From the NCBI GenBank assembly GCA_041601615.1, contig JBFIHX010000004.1, positions 32,001 through 96,000 on the forward strand: DNA of 64,000 bases. Reading direction: 5' to 3'. The stretch comes from Thermoplasmatota archaeon (lineage in GTDB: Archaea > Thermoplasmatota > E2 > JACPAO01 > JAHFTW01). Positions 37,409 to 47,660 of the stretch are shown one piece after another. The first letter of the stretch is position 1. The number at the start of each line of letters is the position of its first letter. The position numbers and the translations under genes are program-made. A model generated the notes under the pieces. It was given only the letters and a program-made list of their open reading frames with translations. It was not told the origin of the DNA and searched no databases.

Positions 37409-38209
37409 TTAGGCGCTGGTCAACCGTCCAAACACCAGGAATGCCGTGTGCCCCAAGCCCTCAGAACTGGGCCGAATGCGGCGGTCCTTGACATCCCAAA
37501 GACGCTCGATCAGCTCCATGGCGCGAACGTCGGCAAAGCCAAGCGATTCGAGTGTCCGCACCGCCTGTTCCATCTGGGTCACCTGGGGGCAAAAGCAGCA
37601 GACGCGAGCGCCAGGACCCAAGAGCGGCCGCAGATTCGGCAGCGCCAGCCACGGCTCCGGTTGGTCCAACAACACCGCATCGAAGGGGCCGGCGACGCCT
37701 TCCGCGACACCCTGCGTCAGGTCGCCAAGAAACACATCCACGCGTTGTTTGAGTCCCGCGTGGACTAGGTTTTCGGACGCCCATTCGGCAAAATCTTCGC
37801 GCAATTCCTGCACCACAACCTTGCCGGTGTCGCCCACGGCGCTTGCCAGGACCATGGTGGTGGCACCCGAGCCGATGCCGGACTCCAAAACGCGGTCGCC
37901 AGCACCCACGCCCAGCTCAAACACGATGCGGCTGGCGTCCTTGGCACCGATGGTCTGTGCTTTGCGGCGCACGGTGCTGTGCAAGTCGGCGACGGTCGGA
38001 CGAAGCAAGGCGAGGGTTTTGCCCACAGCGACGATGGAGGCGCCCCATGCAAGGCCCGCGAAGCGATTCGGGTCAATGACGCCGAGCCCGCCGACCTTGC
38101 GTGCGTGTCCGCCGTCCACTTGCAAGAGCCAGCGGCGGCCCGTCTCCGGCTCCAATGCCAACACGCGGTCGCCCGCGACGATGAGGTCCGTGGAAGGGTT
38201 TTGGTCCAT
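37409..38209 (-). CDS. trmI: tRNA (adenine-N1)-methyltransferase
   Basis: RKAQTIGAKD, VLESGIGSG, LDQPEPW, RP....GHTAFL. Confidence 0.92.
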   Translation of the reverse strand: MDQNPSTDLIVAGDRVLALEPETGRRWLLQVDGGHARKVGGLGVIDPNRFAGLAWGASIVAVGKTLALLRPTVADLHSTVRRKAQTIGAKDASRIVFELGVGAGDRVLESGIGSGATTMVLASAVGDTGKVVVQELREDFAEWASENLVHAGLKQRVDVFLGDLTQGVAEGVAGPFDAVLLDQPEPWLALPNLRPLLGPGARVCCFCPQVTQMEQAVRTLESLGFADVRAMELIERLWDVKDRRIRPSSEGLGHTAFLVFGRLTSA

Positions 38210-38217
38210 GGAAACGG

Positions 38218-38568
38218 TCACTGTTGCTTGGCAAAGGCAGCTTGCAGCTTGGTCTGGAGTTCTTCCAGTGCCTCGCGCAATTGCTCTTCCTGGCCCTTGG
38301 TGCGCTTGATGCGGATTTCCATCGTCTCCGCGTCGTCCTTGAGGCGGGCTACGGCGGCGTCTCGGCCGGCGTCCTGGACCAGGTAGCTGCCCACGTTGCG
38401 GTAGATCGTGGCGTCTTCTGCCAGCTCCTCCAGTTCGCCCGCGGCGCGGGTGTTTTCGTTCAGCATCGCTTCCATCTGCATGCGCTGCTGGGACACCTGC
38501 TGAAGTTGCTGGGACATTTGCTGAAGGCGCTGGACCTGGGCCTGAAGGTCCGCTGCGTTCTCGGCCAT
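38218..38568 (-). CDS. pfdB: Prefoldin beta subunit
   Basis: Coiled coils flanking IYRNVG hairpin. Confidence 0.9.
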   Translation of the reverse strand: MAENAADLQAQVQRLQQMSQQLQQVSQQRMQMEAMLNENTRAAGELEELAEDATIYRNVGSYLVQDAGRDAAVARLKDDAETMEIRIKRTKGQEEQLREALEELQTKLQAAFAKQQ

Positions 38569-38673
38569 GGCGGCGGCGAGACTGGGCGCCGTCTTCAACG
38601 TTCACCCACGCCAGGCTCAGCCGTACCTGCACATCTACTTATCAACCTGAACATGTTCGAACCACACGCGAAC

Positions 38674-39363
38674 ATGGGACTGACGGAACTGCTCTTCCAA
38701 CTCGAAATGCCCGAGTGGCCCGTCGCCGGTTTTACTCGCGAAGTGCCCGACGCCCGCGTCATCATGAACCACATCCGGTTCGATGAGGACCACTTTCCGA
38801 TTCGCAACATCTTCACGGTGCTTGCCAGCAAGGAGGACGCGGCCCGGTTTCTGAAGCTCCTGGATGAATTGTACACCAACATCGATGTGCTGCGCCAGGA
38901 CGACAGCGCCCTCTCCGTGCTTGTTGATCCGGCGCCCGAGAAAATGAAATTCCTCAAGGGCCCCTTCACCAGCGCCCTTCGATCGCTAGGCGAAGATCGC
39001 ATCCTTCGCCCCATCGTCATCAAAGATGGCTGGATGACCGTCGGCGTCATCACCGCGGCCAGCGTCGAAATCGGCGACATCATCCGCACCGCAACGGACT
39101 CCTTCAAGAAAGCCGGCCTCCAAATGAAGCTCGTGCGCTGGGGCGAATACCGGCCCGAAGACCACCCCATCGGTGATTACGAAGAAAAGTTGACGCCCAA
39201 GCAAACGGAGATTGTCAAAATGGGGCTCGCACTCGGCTTCTACGACAACCCGCGACGCTGCAACCTGGAAACACTCGCCAAAGTGTTCGGCATCAGCAAA
39301 GCCGCCGCCCACAACCGCCTCAAATCCGCCGAGCGCAAAATCCTCACCTCGTATTTCTCCTGA
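38674..39363 (+). CDS. Bacterio-opsin-activator-type (HTH_10) regulator
   Basis: LTPKQ...ALGFYDNPR...LA..FGISK.....RLKSAERKI. Confidence 0.88.
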   Translation: MGLTELLFQLEMPEWPVAGFTREVPDARVIMNHIRFDEDHFPIRNIFTVLASKEDAARFLKLLDELYTNIDVLRQDDSALSVLVDPAPEKMKFLKGPFTSALRSLGEDRILRPIVIKDGWMTVGVITAASVEIGDIIRTATDSFKKAGLQMKLVRWGEYRPEDHPIGDYEEKLTPKQTEIVKMGLALGFYDNPRRCNLETLAKVFGISKAAAHNRLKSAERKILTSYFS

Positions 39364-39424
39364 ACGTCGGGCGCTTCCCCGACGATTCGCGGGCCATTTT
39401 ATGCACCAGAGGCCATGAAGGAGT

Positions 39425-39886
39425 ATGCGCCTCCTCGCCGCTTCTCTCTTCGCCGCCCTCATCCTCTCCGGCTGCACGGCCACGCAATCCTTCGAGGACG
39501 GCGAATTCACGGTGATGCTCACGGGCTCCCCCATCGACTCCGATGGACGCGCCACCTTCGACGTCACATTCACGCTCGAAGAACCCCTCACCTACACCCA
39601 CCCCGGCTGCAGCCCCGCCCTGTTTTCCGCCACAGTCCAACACGGCGACGGCATCGGGCTTGCGGAATACGGCAAAGAACCGTTGTTTGGCCCCTGCGTC
39701 ATCCGAGAAACCACGCTTCCCGCCGGCGCGCACACGGCCACATTCCACTGGAACGGCAACGACGGAGTGATGGACGGCGGCCAACCCCACGACGGCAAAC
39801 GCCTGCCCGCGGGCACCTACGACGTGCTCATCGAATTGCGCGGCAACGCAGAAAAGTCCACCACCGTCCAAGTCATCGTCTCCTAG
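39425..39886 (+). CDS. Lipoprotein with Ig-like domain
   Basis: LSGC lipobox; FHWNG...LPAGTY. Confidence 0.75.
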   Translation: MRLLAASLFAALILSGCTATQSFEDGEFTVMLTGSPIDSDGRATFDVTFTLEEPLTYTHPGCSPALFSATVQHGDGIGLAEYGKEPLFGPCVIRETTLPAGAHTATFHWNGNDGVMDGGQPHDGKRLPAGTYDVLIELRGNAEKSTTVQVIVS

Positions 39887-41433
39887 GCAGGCTGGGCCGA
39901 AATCTGTTCCACGGCCTGCAATCCGACTGCTGCGTCCGCGAGGCTGTTGGCATAATACACCACGAGGTCCCAGCGATCAGCCCGCACCCGCCGCGCTTTG
40001 TCCCGCACCAATGCGTCCCGACGCTCCAGGACATCCAAGGCACGGTCAAGGACCTTGGTGCGCTCGTCGGCGGCGTCCACTTCATCCGCGATGGCGTCCG
40101 CATCCATGCCACCGTTGGGCAAATACGGATCCCCCGTGGCCACAGGGCGACCGTCACGCCGAATCTCCTCCAATACGTCGCGCAGCGCCAACAACAAGGT
40201 TCCTTCGTCCACGCCCTCTTCCATTCGAGCTTGCCCCACCCGCACGGCGGCGGCGCACACGGCAGTCACAGGAGTTGCTGGAACAGTGCGAGCAATCGCC
40301 TCCATCACGATTTGGCCAAACGGCAACAACGCTTCCTGGCGCACCTTGCGATCGGCGTCGTGCAAAAACGGCGCCTGCTTTGCATACCACTCGTCAAAGG
40401 AAATCGGCTCCCCAAAATGAATGGCCGCAACACCGTGCTTCTTGAGACGCCCCGAGAGGAGCCGACCAAGGTTCAAAGCCCCAATCATGGGGCCACGCAC
40501 CAGCAAACTTCCAAGACGCAGAAGCTTCACTCCGAAGCTGCGCCTCGCCCGGCGCGGGCGCCCGTGTGTTGCCTCGAAGACCATATTCTCGTCCTCAATG
40601 ACGCGATCAAAATTGATGCCGACCGGCACGAACACCAAGGGCTTGTCAAAGGCAGGGTCCAGTTTTGCCAGCGCCATGCTATCGAGCAGGCCAAGCTTCA
40701 CCGGCCGAAGTCGCCCATCCCGGCTGAGACCTCCCTCCGGAAACATCGCCTGCGTCACACTTTGCTTCGTAATCAATTCCACATACGTCTGGAGCGTCTT
40801 GTGGTACAGCGGATCCGTCTCGCCCCGACGCACGAAGTAAGAGCCAAACGATCGAAACAGGCCCTCCAAGGGCCAGACCCGTGCCCACTCCCCGACCGCG
40901 TAACTCACCTGCACGGACCGACTCAGCATGAAACCCGTGACCACAAAATCCGCGTTGCTGCGGTGGTTGCTGACGTACACGACGCTTGCACCTTCCGGAA
41001 TCGACGCCTGCGCACGGCTAAGGCTCTCCTGGTCGAGTCGCACATTGTACAGTGCATACGCGATGCGCCGACCAAGGCGATACCCGACCCGATAGTAGGC
41101 AAGCGGACTAAACTGCGGAACAATCTCCTCTAACCAAACCCGAACCCTCGCCTCCACGTCGTCATAAGACTCCCCGGCCCCCGTGGCCTGCTCCACCATC
41201 GCCTGCACCAACCCCGGCTCCGACAACACGAGCTGACGAACCGCACGGCGATGTGTATACCGAAACGGATCCTCCGGGATGCGCCGATCGCGCAAAAACC
41301 GATCCACGCGAGCCTCCTGACGCCGCTTGAAACCCGACACAACTAGGTGCCGCGCCCCCTCATAGAGCAACCAGCCCGAACCCGCCATGGGGAGCCACTG
41401 CCACCCCGAAGGCATCCAGACCACGCACCGCAA
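39883..41433 (-). CDS. Glycerolipid acyltransferase (PlsB/PlsC family)
   Basis: NHRSNAD (HX4D), FVRRG, FPEGG.SRDG blocks; start uncertain. Confidence 0.85.
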   Translation of the reverse strand: MRCVVWMPSGWQWLPMAGSGWLLYEGARHLVVSGFKRRQEARVDRFLRDRRIPEDPFRYTHRRAVRQLVLSEPGLVQAMVEQATGAGESYDDVEARVRVWLEEIVPQFSPLAYYRVGYRLGRRIAYALYNVRLDQESLSRAQASIPEGASVVYVSNHRSNADFVVTGFMLSRSVQVSYAVGEWARVWPLEGLFRSFGSYFVRRGETDPLYHKTLQTYVELITKQSVTQAMFPEGGLSRDGRLRPVKLGLLDSMALAKLDPAFDKPLVFVPVGINFDRVIEDENMVFEATHGRPRRARRSFGVKLLRLGSLLVRGPMIGALNLGRLLSGRLKKHGVAAIHFGEPISFDEWYAKQAPFLHDADRKVRQEALLPFGQIVMEAIARTVPATPVTAVCAAAVRVGQARMEEGVDEGTLLLALRDVLEEIRRDGRPVATGDPYLPNGGMDADAIADEVDAADERTKVLDRALDVLERRDALVRDKARRVRADRWDLVVYYANSLADAAVGLQAVEQISAQPA

Positions 41434-41548
41434 TCACCGCCCTCGACTTGAAACCGACGAAGCAGCGAAACGGCCCCCAAAACCCGATTCCTTTGCCCGC
41501 ACACCGCTAAACGCCCACCGCCGCCTGCGCTCCCGAAGGAACGAATCC

Positions 41549-41824
41549 ATGACCCGAGTAATCACCAGCGCCTGCGTCGGCACAAAAGACACCAGCTGCG
41601 TCGACGTCTGCCCCGTCGACTGCATCCACCCGCACAAAGGCGACGATGCGGACGCATTCAAACAAAGCTTCGACCAAGTCGAACACCTCTCCATCGACCC
41701 CGACGAATGCATCGACTGCGGCGCCTGCGAACCCGCCTGCCCCGTCGAAGCCATCTACCCCGACGACGAGGTGCCCGAAAGCGACAAAGAATGGGCAAAA
41801 ATCAACGCCGACTTCTTCGCATGA
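41549..41824 (+). CDS. 7Fe-type ferredoxin, copy 1
   Basis: C-X7-CVDVCPVDC and CIDCGACEPACP. Confidence 0.92.
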   Translation: MTRVITSACVGTKDTSCVDVCPVDCIHPHKGDDADAFKQSFDQVEHLSIDPDECIDCGACEPACPVEAIYPDDEVPESDKEWAKINADFFA

Positions 41825-41944
41825 CCCGCCAAAAAAACGCCAATCCACCCCTCCCATAGCCGTCAAAAAAGCCAATATTTCGGCGCGTCGAATCGCCAAC
41901 CCCTAAGTAAGGACGCGCACCATGCACACACAGGAGAGAACCGC

Positions 41945-42220
<276 letters not shown>

Positions 42221-42451
42221 GCAAGACCCCGAGTTCCTCTCTCCCCTCCTTCCAATTTGAGCCCCCGGTGGGTAAGTAGACGGAACCAGATCAGCGTACG
42301 CTCGGCGTTCGCGCTACGTGCGAAACCCATGGCTTCCTACCTGGAGCAACGCACGAGGCCGTCCAGGACAACAAAGTAGGGGAAAGGAAGGGGAAAGGGA
42401 AGAGATTCTCAAAGCTAGAGGCGACACGAGGCGTCGAAGAACCCACGCAGA

Positions 42452-42507
42452 CCCCCCAAGGCCGTGCAAGCACGGCCTCGGGGTCCGCTCGGCCCAAGGG
42501 CCTCGCT
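42452..42507 (-). repeat. Palindromic intergenic element (REP-like), copy 2
   Basis: Minus strand GCGAGGCCC-TT-GGGCCGAGCGGACC-CCGAGGCC-GTGCTTGCAC-GGCCTTGG, just after secY stop. Confidence 0.65.
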
Positions 42508-42529
42508 GTCTTGCGCTGAACCTTTGGCG

Positions 42530-44092
42530 CTATTCAGCGCCAAAGAACCCGCGCAAGACGGGATGCATTTCCATCGCCTGTTCCTTCGCAATCTGCTCGT
42601 ACATGCGGATATAGATACCCACAGCCAAGAGCAAACCTGTCCCTGAAGCATTACCGATGGTTCCCAGCATGTCCGCCGTAGCCGCAAGGCCACCGACGAT
42701 TGCACCACCAAGAACCGTGATGGTCGGAATGTAGCGTCCCAGAATCTTCTGCAAGACACGCGGGTCGCGGCGGAAGCCGGGAATCTGCATGCCACTGCGT
42801 TCGATCTGCTTGGCGACCGCTTCAGGACCCATATTGGTGGTCTCGACCCAGAACTTGGCGAACATGATCGAACCACCAATGAAGAGCGACATGTAGATGA
42901 CGATCTTCAAGATGATCTGCCATGGCGCGTGGCCGCTGGCGAAGGCACCATAGGCGTCCGAGTTGAAAATCGGCAGGAACCAGTCACTGAGCCCATTGAA
43001 GGTACTCAGATACCAAGCGCCGCCGGCCACCGGTTGCAGACTCTGGCTGCCGGTCTGGTAGGTTCCGATCCACCAAGCATGCCCGATGACCGGGATCTTG
43101 CTGAAGAACGGGTGCTGCCAGAGAAGCAAGCTGAAGATGTTCACGTTGGCAATCAGCGCCGCCATCAAGATGACAGGGATGTTGCTGGCGTAGATCAACC
43201 GCAGCGGGTAGCGACCACGGGCGCCGCGCACCTTACCATGGGCAAGAGGCAGTTCCACGCGGGTACTCTCAGCGAACACCACGAACATGAAAATCGCCAT
43301 CGTGGCCAGGAAGGTCAGGATGGGATTGGGGAACGCTTGGTTGCCGATGAACATCTGCTCAAAGCCACCCTCGTTGACCAGACTGCGCAAGCTGCGCTGG
43401 CTGAACACGTAGATGACCATGGGCAGGGAGCCGCTGGGGGGATTGAACGTCGGGTCCAATGCCTGACCAGCCTGCGTCGGTTGCCAGTTGAGCGTTCCCT
43501 GGAACAGGGCTTGGCTCACACCGGCCGCGATGAACAAACTGATGCCGGAGCCGATGCCCCACTTGCTGATCAGTTCGTCCATCAGGAACACGACAATGGC
43601 ACCGAAGGCCAGTTGCAGCACAATCACGCTGCGGGCCATGCCGCCGCCGACCGCGTTGACAAACAAGTCGTCCGGTTCCAAGAAACCGTACACTTGCGGC
43701 ACGGATTCAATGAAGATGAACAAGAGAACCAGCACTTTCTGGGCACCTTGGTAGATCGCCTTGTCCTCGGTCTTCGAAAGATCGAGGTTGATGATCTTGG
43801 CGCCCGTGAAGAGCTGCATCACGATGCTGCCGGTGACGATGGGACCAATCCCAAGGTGCATGATCGTGCCGCTGGCACCGGCCAGGATGGCACGGAAGCC
43901 CTCGAAAATGTCGAGCTGTTGGGAGCTAACTCCGAACAGAGTGATGTTGGCCAGAGCAAAGTACAGCAGCAGCGAGCCGGTCGTCCAGAGGAGCTTCGTC
44001 TTGAAAGAGACGTGGCCCTCGGGCTTCCTGACCGCAGGCCAGCGTTCAATGATCGGTTTCAGTGCATAAAGGCGGCTTCGAGTCTCAGCCAT
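42530..44092 (-). CDS. secY: Preprotein translocase SecY
   Basis: LGIGPIVT, KWGIGSGISLFI, YASNIP, QIPGFR, GTGLLLAV. Confidence 0.97.
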   Translation of the reverse strand: MAETRSRLYALKPIIERWPAVRKPEGHVSFKTKLLWTTGSLLLYFALANITLFGVSSQQLDIFEGFRAILAGASGTIMHLGIGPIVTGSIVMQLFTGAKIINLDLSKTEDKAIYQGAQKVLVLLFIFIESVPQVYGFLEPDDLFVNAVGGGMARSVIVLQLAFGAIVVFLMDELISKWGIGSGISLFIAAGVSQALFQGTLNWQPTQAGQALDPTFNPPSGSLPMVIYVFSQRSLRSLVNEGGFEQMFIGNQAFPNPILTFLATMAIFMFVVFAESTRVELPLAHGKVRGARGRYPLRLIYASNIPVILMAALIANVNIFSLLLWQHPFFSKIPVIGHAWWIGTYQTGSQSLQPVAGGAWYLSTFNGLSDWFLPIFNSDAYGAFASGHAPWQIILKIVIYMSLFIGGSIMFAKFWVETTNMGPEAVAKQIERSGMQIPGFRRDPRVLQKILGRYIPTITVLGGAIVGGLAATADMLGTIGNASGTGLLLAVGIYIRMYEQIAKEQAMEMHPVLRGFFGAE

Positions 44093-44385
44093 ACGGTCAC
44101 CGGAGTGGAGCGAGCCGTCCAAAGGGGGCTCTGTCTTAAGTGCTCCCAAGGGGAGAACGGAGAACCTTGTCACACATCCCTAGTGAAGGGCAAAAAAGCG
44201 GGCAAAAACGGGGTGAAGCGCCACTCTACTAGATTTCGAGGCGAACAAACGAACATTCGGCGAAAGTGGAGATTTGCTTGAAGGGAAGCAAATGGTGCCC
44301 ACATGGCGGGCCAAGAGAAGAAAAGGAGGGGGAAATGGAGGGGAAATGGAGGGGGAAGGAAGAGGGCTGTGGCTTGTGGGCCGTC

Positions 44386-44802
44386 CTAGTCGGTCTTGAT
44401 GCTGCCGCCGGCTGCCTCGATCTTCGAGACTGCGCCGTCGGTGGCGTTGGCGACCGTCAGGGTCAGCTTGCCCGTGACCTTGCCGCTGCCAAGGAGCTTG
44501 GTGTAACCGGCCTCGGTGAGGTCGATCTCCGTGGCTCCCGGGAAGAGCTGTTCGAGGGCGCCCACGTTGATGGTGACATCTTCGGGGGTGCGGCTCTTGC
44601 TCTTGAAGCCGATGCGGCCCCAGCGCTTGGCTGCAAGACCGGCGTGCTTGCCGCCGAGGATCTGCAGTTGCAGGAATCGGTGCTTGTTGGCACCGGCGCG
44701 ACCGCGTCCACCCTTGAGACCTGCACCGCGTCCACCCTTGTGGCCGCGACCGTGCGTTCGGCTCTGGCGGCGGAACTTCTTGGCCTTTTCTCCCTTAGCC
44801 AT
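44386..44802 (-). CDS. rpl15: 50S ribosomal protein uL15
   Basis: RTHG.G..GRGAG.KGGRG.AG, KLLGSG, KIEAAGG. Confidence 0.95.
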   Translation of the reverse strand: MAKGEKAKKFRRQSRTHGRGHKGGRGAGLKGGRGRAGANKHRFLQLQILGGKHAGLAAKRWGRIGFKSKSRTPEDVTINVGALEQLFPGATEIDLTEAGYTKLLGSGKVTGKLTLTVANATDGAVSKIEAAGGSIKTD

Positions 44803-45267
44803 TTAGTTCATCCTCCCGATGAGGTCGTTGATTTTGGCACCACGGTAGCCGAGGGCACCGCCGGCTTGGTAGGAGCGCTTGATGCCTTCGAGACCCTTCT
44901 TGGCAGGGTGCAGGCGCAGCAGGGGCTTGACGTCGGCGAGGTCCTTGTATTGGGCCTTGCCGTCGACGATGGCCTGTGCGAACTCCGCGATGGAGCTGTA
45001 GGCGCTGCCCGCTTTGACCACGGCGTCGGTGATTGGCTTGTCACCCACGAGACGGCCGCGAACGGTGATCATCTCGGTGAGGGTGGCGGCGTCGATCTCG
45101 CCCCAGGTGACGTAGTCCTTGGCGACTTGGAGCATACCCTTGGTGGTCTCGTTGTCAGGTAGGACAACACAGTGGTTGACCTGGTTGAGGCGGAGGTACT
45201 TCAGGGTGTCCTTGATCTTGGGGTTGATGTTGATTTGACCGCGCAGGCGGATGATTGCGTGCGCCAT
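44803..45267 (-). CDS. rpl30: 50S ribosomal protein uL30
   Basis: IRLRG, LRLNQVNHC, RLHP, LGYRG. Confidence 0.95.
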   Translation of the reverse strand: MAHAIIRLRGQININPKIKDTLKYLRLNQVNHCVVLPDNETTKGMLQVAKDYVTWGEIDAATLTEMITVRGRLVGDKPITDAVVKAGSAYSSIAEFAQAIVDGKAQYKDLADVKPLLRLHPAKKGLEGIKRSYQAGGALGYRGAKINDLIGRMN

Positions 45268-46172
45268 CAGGCATCGACCTCTTCTTGGACATCGGGTTGG
45301 CGGTCGGCCTTGATGGTCAAGGCGCCGTCTACCATCTGGGTGCGGGCGCGCTGGGCGGCCGTCATCTTGACGGTGTTCAGGCTTTCGAGGGCCTGGAACG
45401 CCGCCTTGGCGTAGTTGGTGGTGGTGCGGGTCTGTCCACGAGTGTGCACGTAGGCGTCCTTGACGCCGGCGAGACCGAGCACACTGCGAGCGACCTTTCC
45501 GCCCACAAGGCCGGTGCCCTGAGGGGCGGGGCGAATGGTGACTTCCGTGGAAGCGCATTTGCCCATGGTCTGGTAGGGGATGCTGGTGGCGGGGGCGCCG
45601 TCACCGGATTGCCAGGAGCCTGCACCTCGGCGCACTTCGATCATGTTGATCTTGGCGCGGTCGATGGCGCGGCGGATGGTGGGTCCGACTTCCTTGCCCT
45701 TGGCTTGGCCAAGGCCGACGAAGCCGTCCTTGTTTCCAGCGACACAGGTGATGGCGAAGCGCACACGGCGACCGGAGTCGGTCATGCGCTGGACCATGTT
45801 GATGTTCAGCACTTCGTCCTCGAGTTCGGGCAGAAGGGCGTCGACGATTTCGGGCTCGCGCAGGGGCAAGCCGCTCTGAATCGCTTCGCTCATGGTCTTG
45901 ATTTCGCCACTCTTGACGAGGCGACCTAGGCGGGTCTTGGGATCCCAGGGCGGCGGGGCGGGCTTGTCGAAGCGACGGCGTTGGCCGGGGCCACCGCGTG
46001 CTCCACCTGCTCCTCCACGGGGACCACCGGGGCCTCCGCGGGGGCCACCAGGGCCACCACGGGGTCCGCCGGGACCGCCGGGTCGACCGCCGGGGCCACC
46101 AGGACCGCCGGGGCCTCGGGTTCCGCGGCCAGGCGCTGGGGCGGGGCCGCGGTTCGGGGTTGCATCTGCCAT
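45267..46172 (-). CDS. rps5: 30S ribosomal protein uS5 with long Gly/Pro/Arg N-terminal extension
   Basis: W.PKTRLG, VQRMTDSGR, PAP.GTGL. Confidence 0.95.
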   Translation of the reverse strand: MADATPNRGPAPAPGRGTRGPGGPGGPGGRPGGPGGPRGGPGGPRGGPGGPRGGAGGARGGPGQRRRFDKPAPPPWDPKTRLGRLVKSGEIKTMSEAIQSGLPLREPEIVDALLPELEDEVLNINMVQRMTDSGRRVRFAITCVAGNKDGFVGLGQAKGKEVGPTIRRAIDRAKINMIEVRRGAGSWQSGDGAPATSIPYQTMGKCASTEVTIRPAPQGTGLVGGKVARSVLGLAGVKDAYVHTRGQTRTTTNYAKAAFQALESLNTVKMTAAQRARTQMVDGALTIKADRQPDVQEEVDA

Positions 46173-46173
46173 G

Positions 46174-46698
46174 TTAGTTCTCCTCGTCGTCTGACTTAGC
46201 CGCCTGCGTGACACCGATGGCGTCGCGGACGGCTTCGAAGCTCTTCTGTTGGTCGAGGAAGGCGCCGTTGAGGCGGTCTTCCGCGGGGAACATCTCGTCG
46301 CCGTGGGGGACGTAGACGCCGGAGTCCACGATGCCCTTGAGCGCCGCGAACACCTTGCTGCCCTTGACTGCCGCGTGGCGGCCGATGTCCAGGACGGCAC
46401 TGTCGATGCCGCTGTCCATGGCGCGCTTGCCAGCCAGGAGGCCGGTTAGGTAGGCGGCCGGGGTGCTCTTGGCACTGCCCGTCCAGCCCATCTTGGCCAG
46501 CTCTTGGCCGACGGCGGTGGTCTTGACGTTGTCGCCGGTCTCGGCCCAGTCGATGAACTGGACGATGACGTTGCCGTTGGTGCGGCGCACCACGACTCGC
46601 GTCTCGCCGCTCTTCAGGAGACCGAGGCGGGCTTTGTAATCAGTGCGGCCTTCGCGCCGACGGCGGAAGGGGACGCGCGTGCGGGGACTGGTCGCCAT
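46174..46698 (-). CDS. rpl18: 50S ribosomal protein uL18
   Basis: RRRREGRTDY, PAAYLTG. Confidence 0.95.
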   Translation of the reverse strand: MATSPRTRVPFRRRREGRTDYKARLGLLKSGETRVVVRRTNGNVIVQFIDWAETGDNVKTTAVGQELAKMGWTGSAKSTPAAYLTGLLAGKRAMDSGIDSAVLDIGRHAAVKGSKVFAALKGIVDSGVYVPHGDEMFPAEDRLNGAFLDQQKSFEAVRDAIGVTQAAKSDDEEN

Positions 46699-47159
46699 TA
46701 GGCCACCTCCTCGACAAGCTTGCCTTCGGTCTTCATGTGGGTCACCATGTGGGCGCGGGAGCGGAATTGACCGCCCTTGGCGCGCATGTAGTACTCGCGG
46801 TAGGTGTGGCGGTCGATGGCGCCACTTTCTCGGTAGCCGCGGATTTCGCTGCGCAGAGCACGGATGAGAGCCATCCAGCGCTGCTTGCGTGGCAGACGAG
46901 CGTACTTGGCACCCTTGCGGCTGCCGGGTCCGACTCGTCGTCCCTTGGCTTTCTGGGCGTCTAGTTTGCGGCCGCGGCCACGGGAGACACCCTGTTTCTG
47001 AACGGATACGATGACCTTGCCGTTGATGAGCTTGCGAACATCAGCGCGGGTCACGGCGCCGGCCACTTCTTCTTGGCGGTCGGGGTCGATGCGAACACGC
47101 GACTGGCCGACCTTCATGATGTCGGCGGCGAGGCGCTTCTGGTTGCGAAGATCCGCCAT
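46698..47159 (-). CDS. rpl19e: 50S ribosomal protein eL19
   Basis: QKRLAA, GPGSRKG, YMRAKGG. Confidence 0.95.
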   Translation of the reverse strand: MADLRNQKRLAADIMKVGQSRVRIDPDRQEEVAGAVTRADVRKLINGKVIVSVQKQGVSRGRGRKLDAQKAKGRRVGPGSRKGAKYARLPRKQRWMALIRALRSEIRGYRESGAIDRHTYREYYMRAKGGQFRSRAHMVTHMKTEGKLVEEVA

Positions 47160-47660
47160 CTAGTTTCCTCCACGGTTGAAGACGCGGATCTTGAGTTCGT
47201 CTGCGCGCTTGCAGATGAGCTCGGCCTTGCGTCCACCGACGGTGCCGCCGATGCGGGCGCCTTGGGTGGTGGGCTCGACCTTTTCGAGGTCAGCGGGGTT
47301 GTACACGAGGACTTCTTCGAAGCCGCTCGGGTGCAGGCCGCGCGCGGCGACGGGGCCACGGTAGCCGATGCTGACCAGCGGTGGGCGGTACTTGTAGTGA
47401 CGGCGCTGCTTGGAGTGGATACCGGTCGGTCGGCGCCAGGGGGCGTGCTTGCCTCCGAGCTTCTTGTACCGGAACCATTCTTGGCGGCGGAAGGCAGGAC
47501 GTTGTTTGTCCTTGACCGCGCGGACCTCGAGGGCCGTCTTGGTCGCGTCGTCCAGAACCGGCTTGATTTTCGGCTGGACGTCCTTCTTGTCACCCTTGGA
47601 ACCGGCTTCGCCGGCGGCCTTTACGGCCTTGGTCTCCTGGGGCTTGGTTTCGTCGCTCAT
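47160..47660 (-). CDS. rpl32e: 50S ribosomal protein eL32
   Basis: F.RQEW, WRRPTG, GLHPSG. Confidence 0.95.
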   Translation of the reverse strand: MSDETKPQETKAVKAAGEAGSKGDKKDVQPKIKPVLDDATKTALEVRAVKDKQRPAFRRQEWFRYKKLGGKHAPWRRPTGIHSKQRRHYKYRPPLVSIGYRGPVAARGLHPSGFEEVLVYNPADLEKVEPTTQGARIGGTVGGRKAELICKRADELKIRVFNRGGN

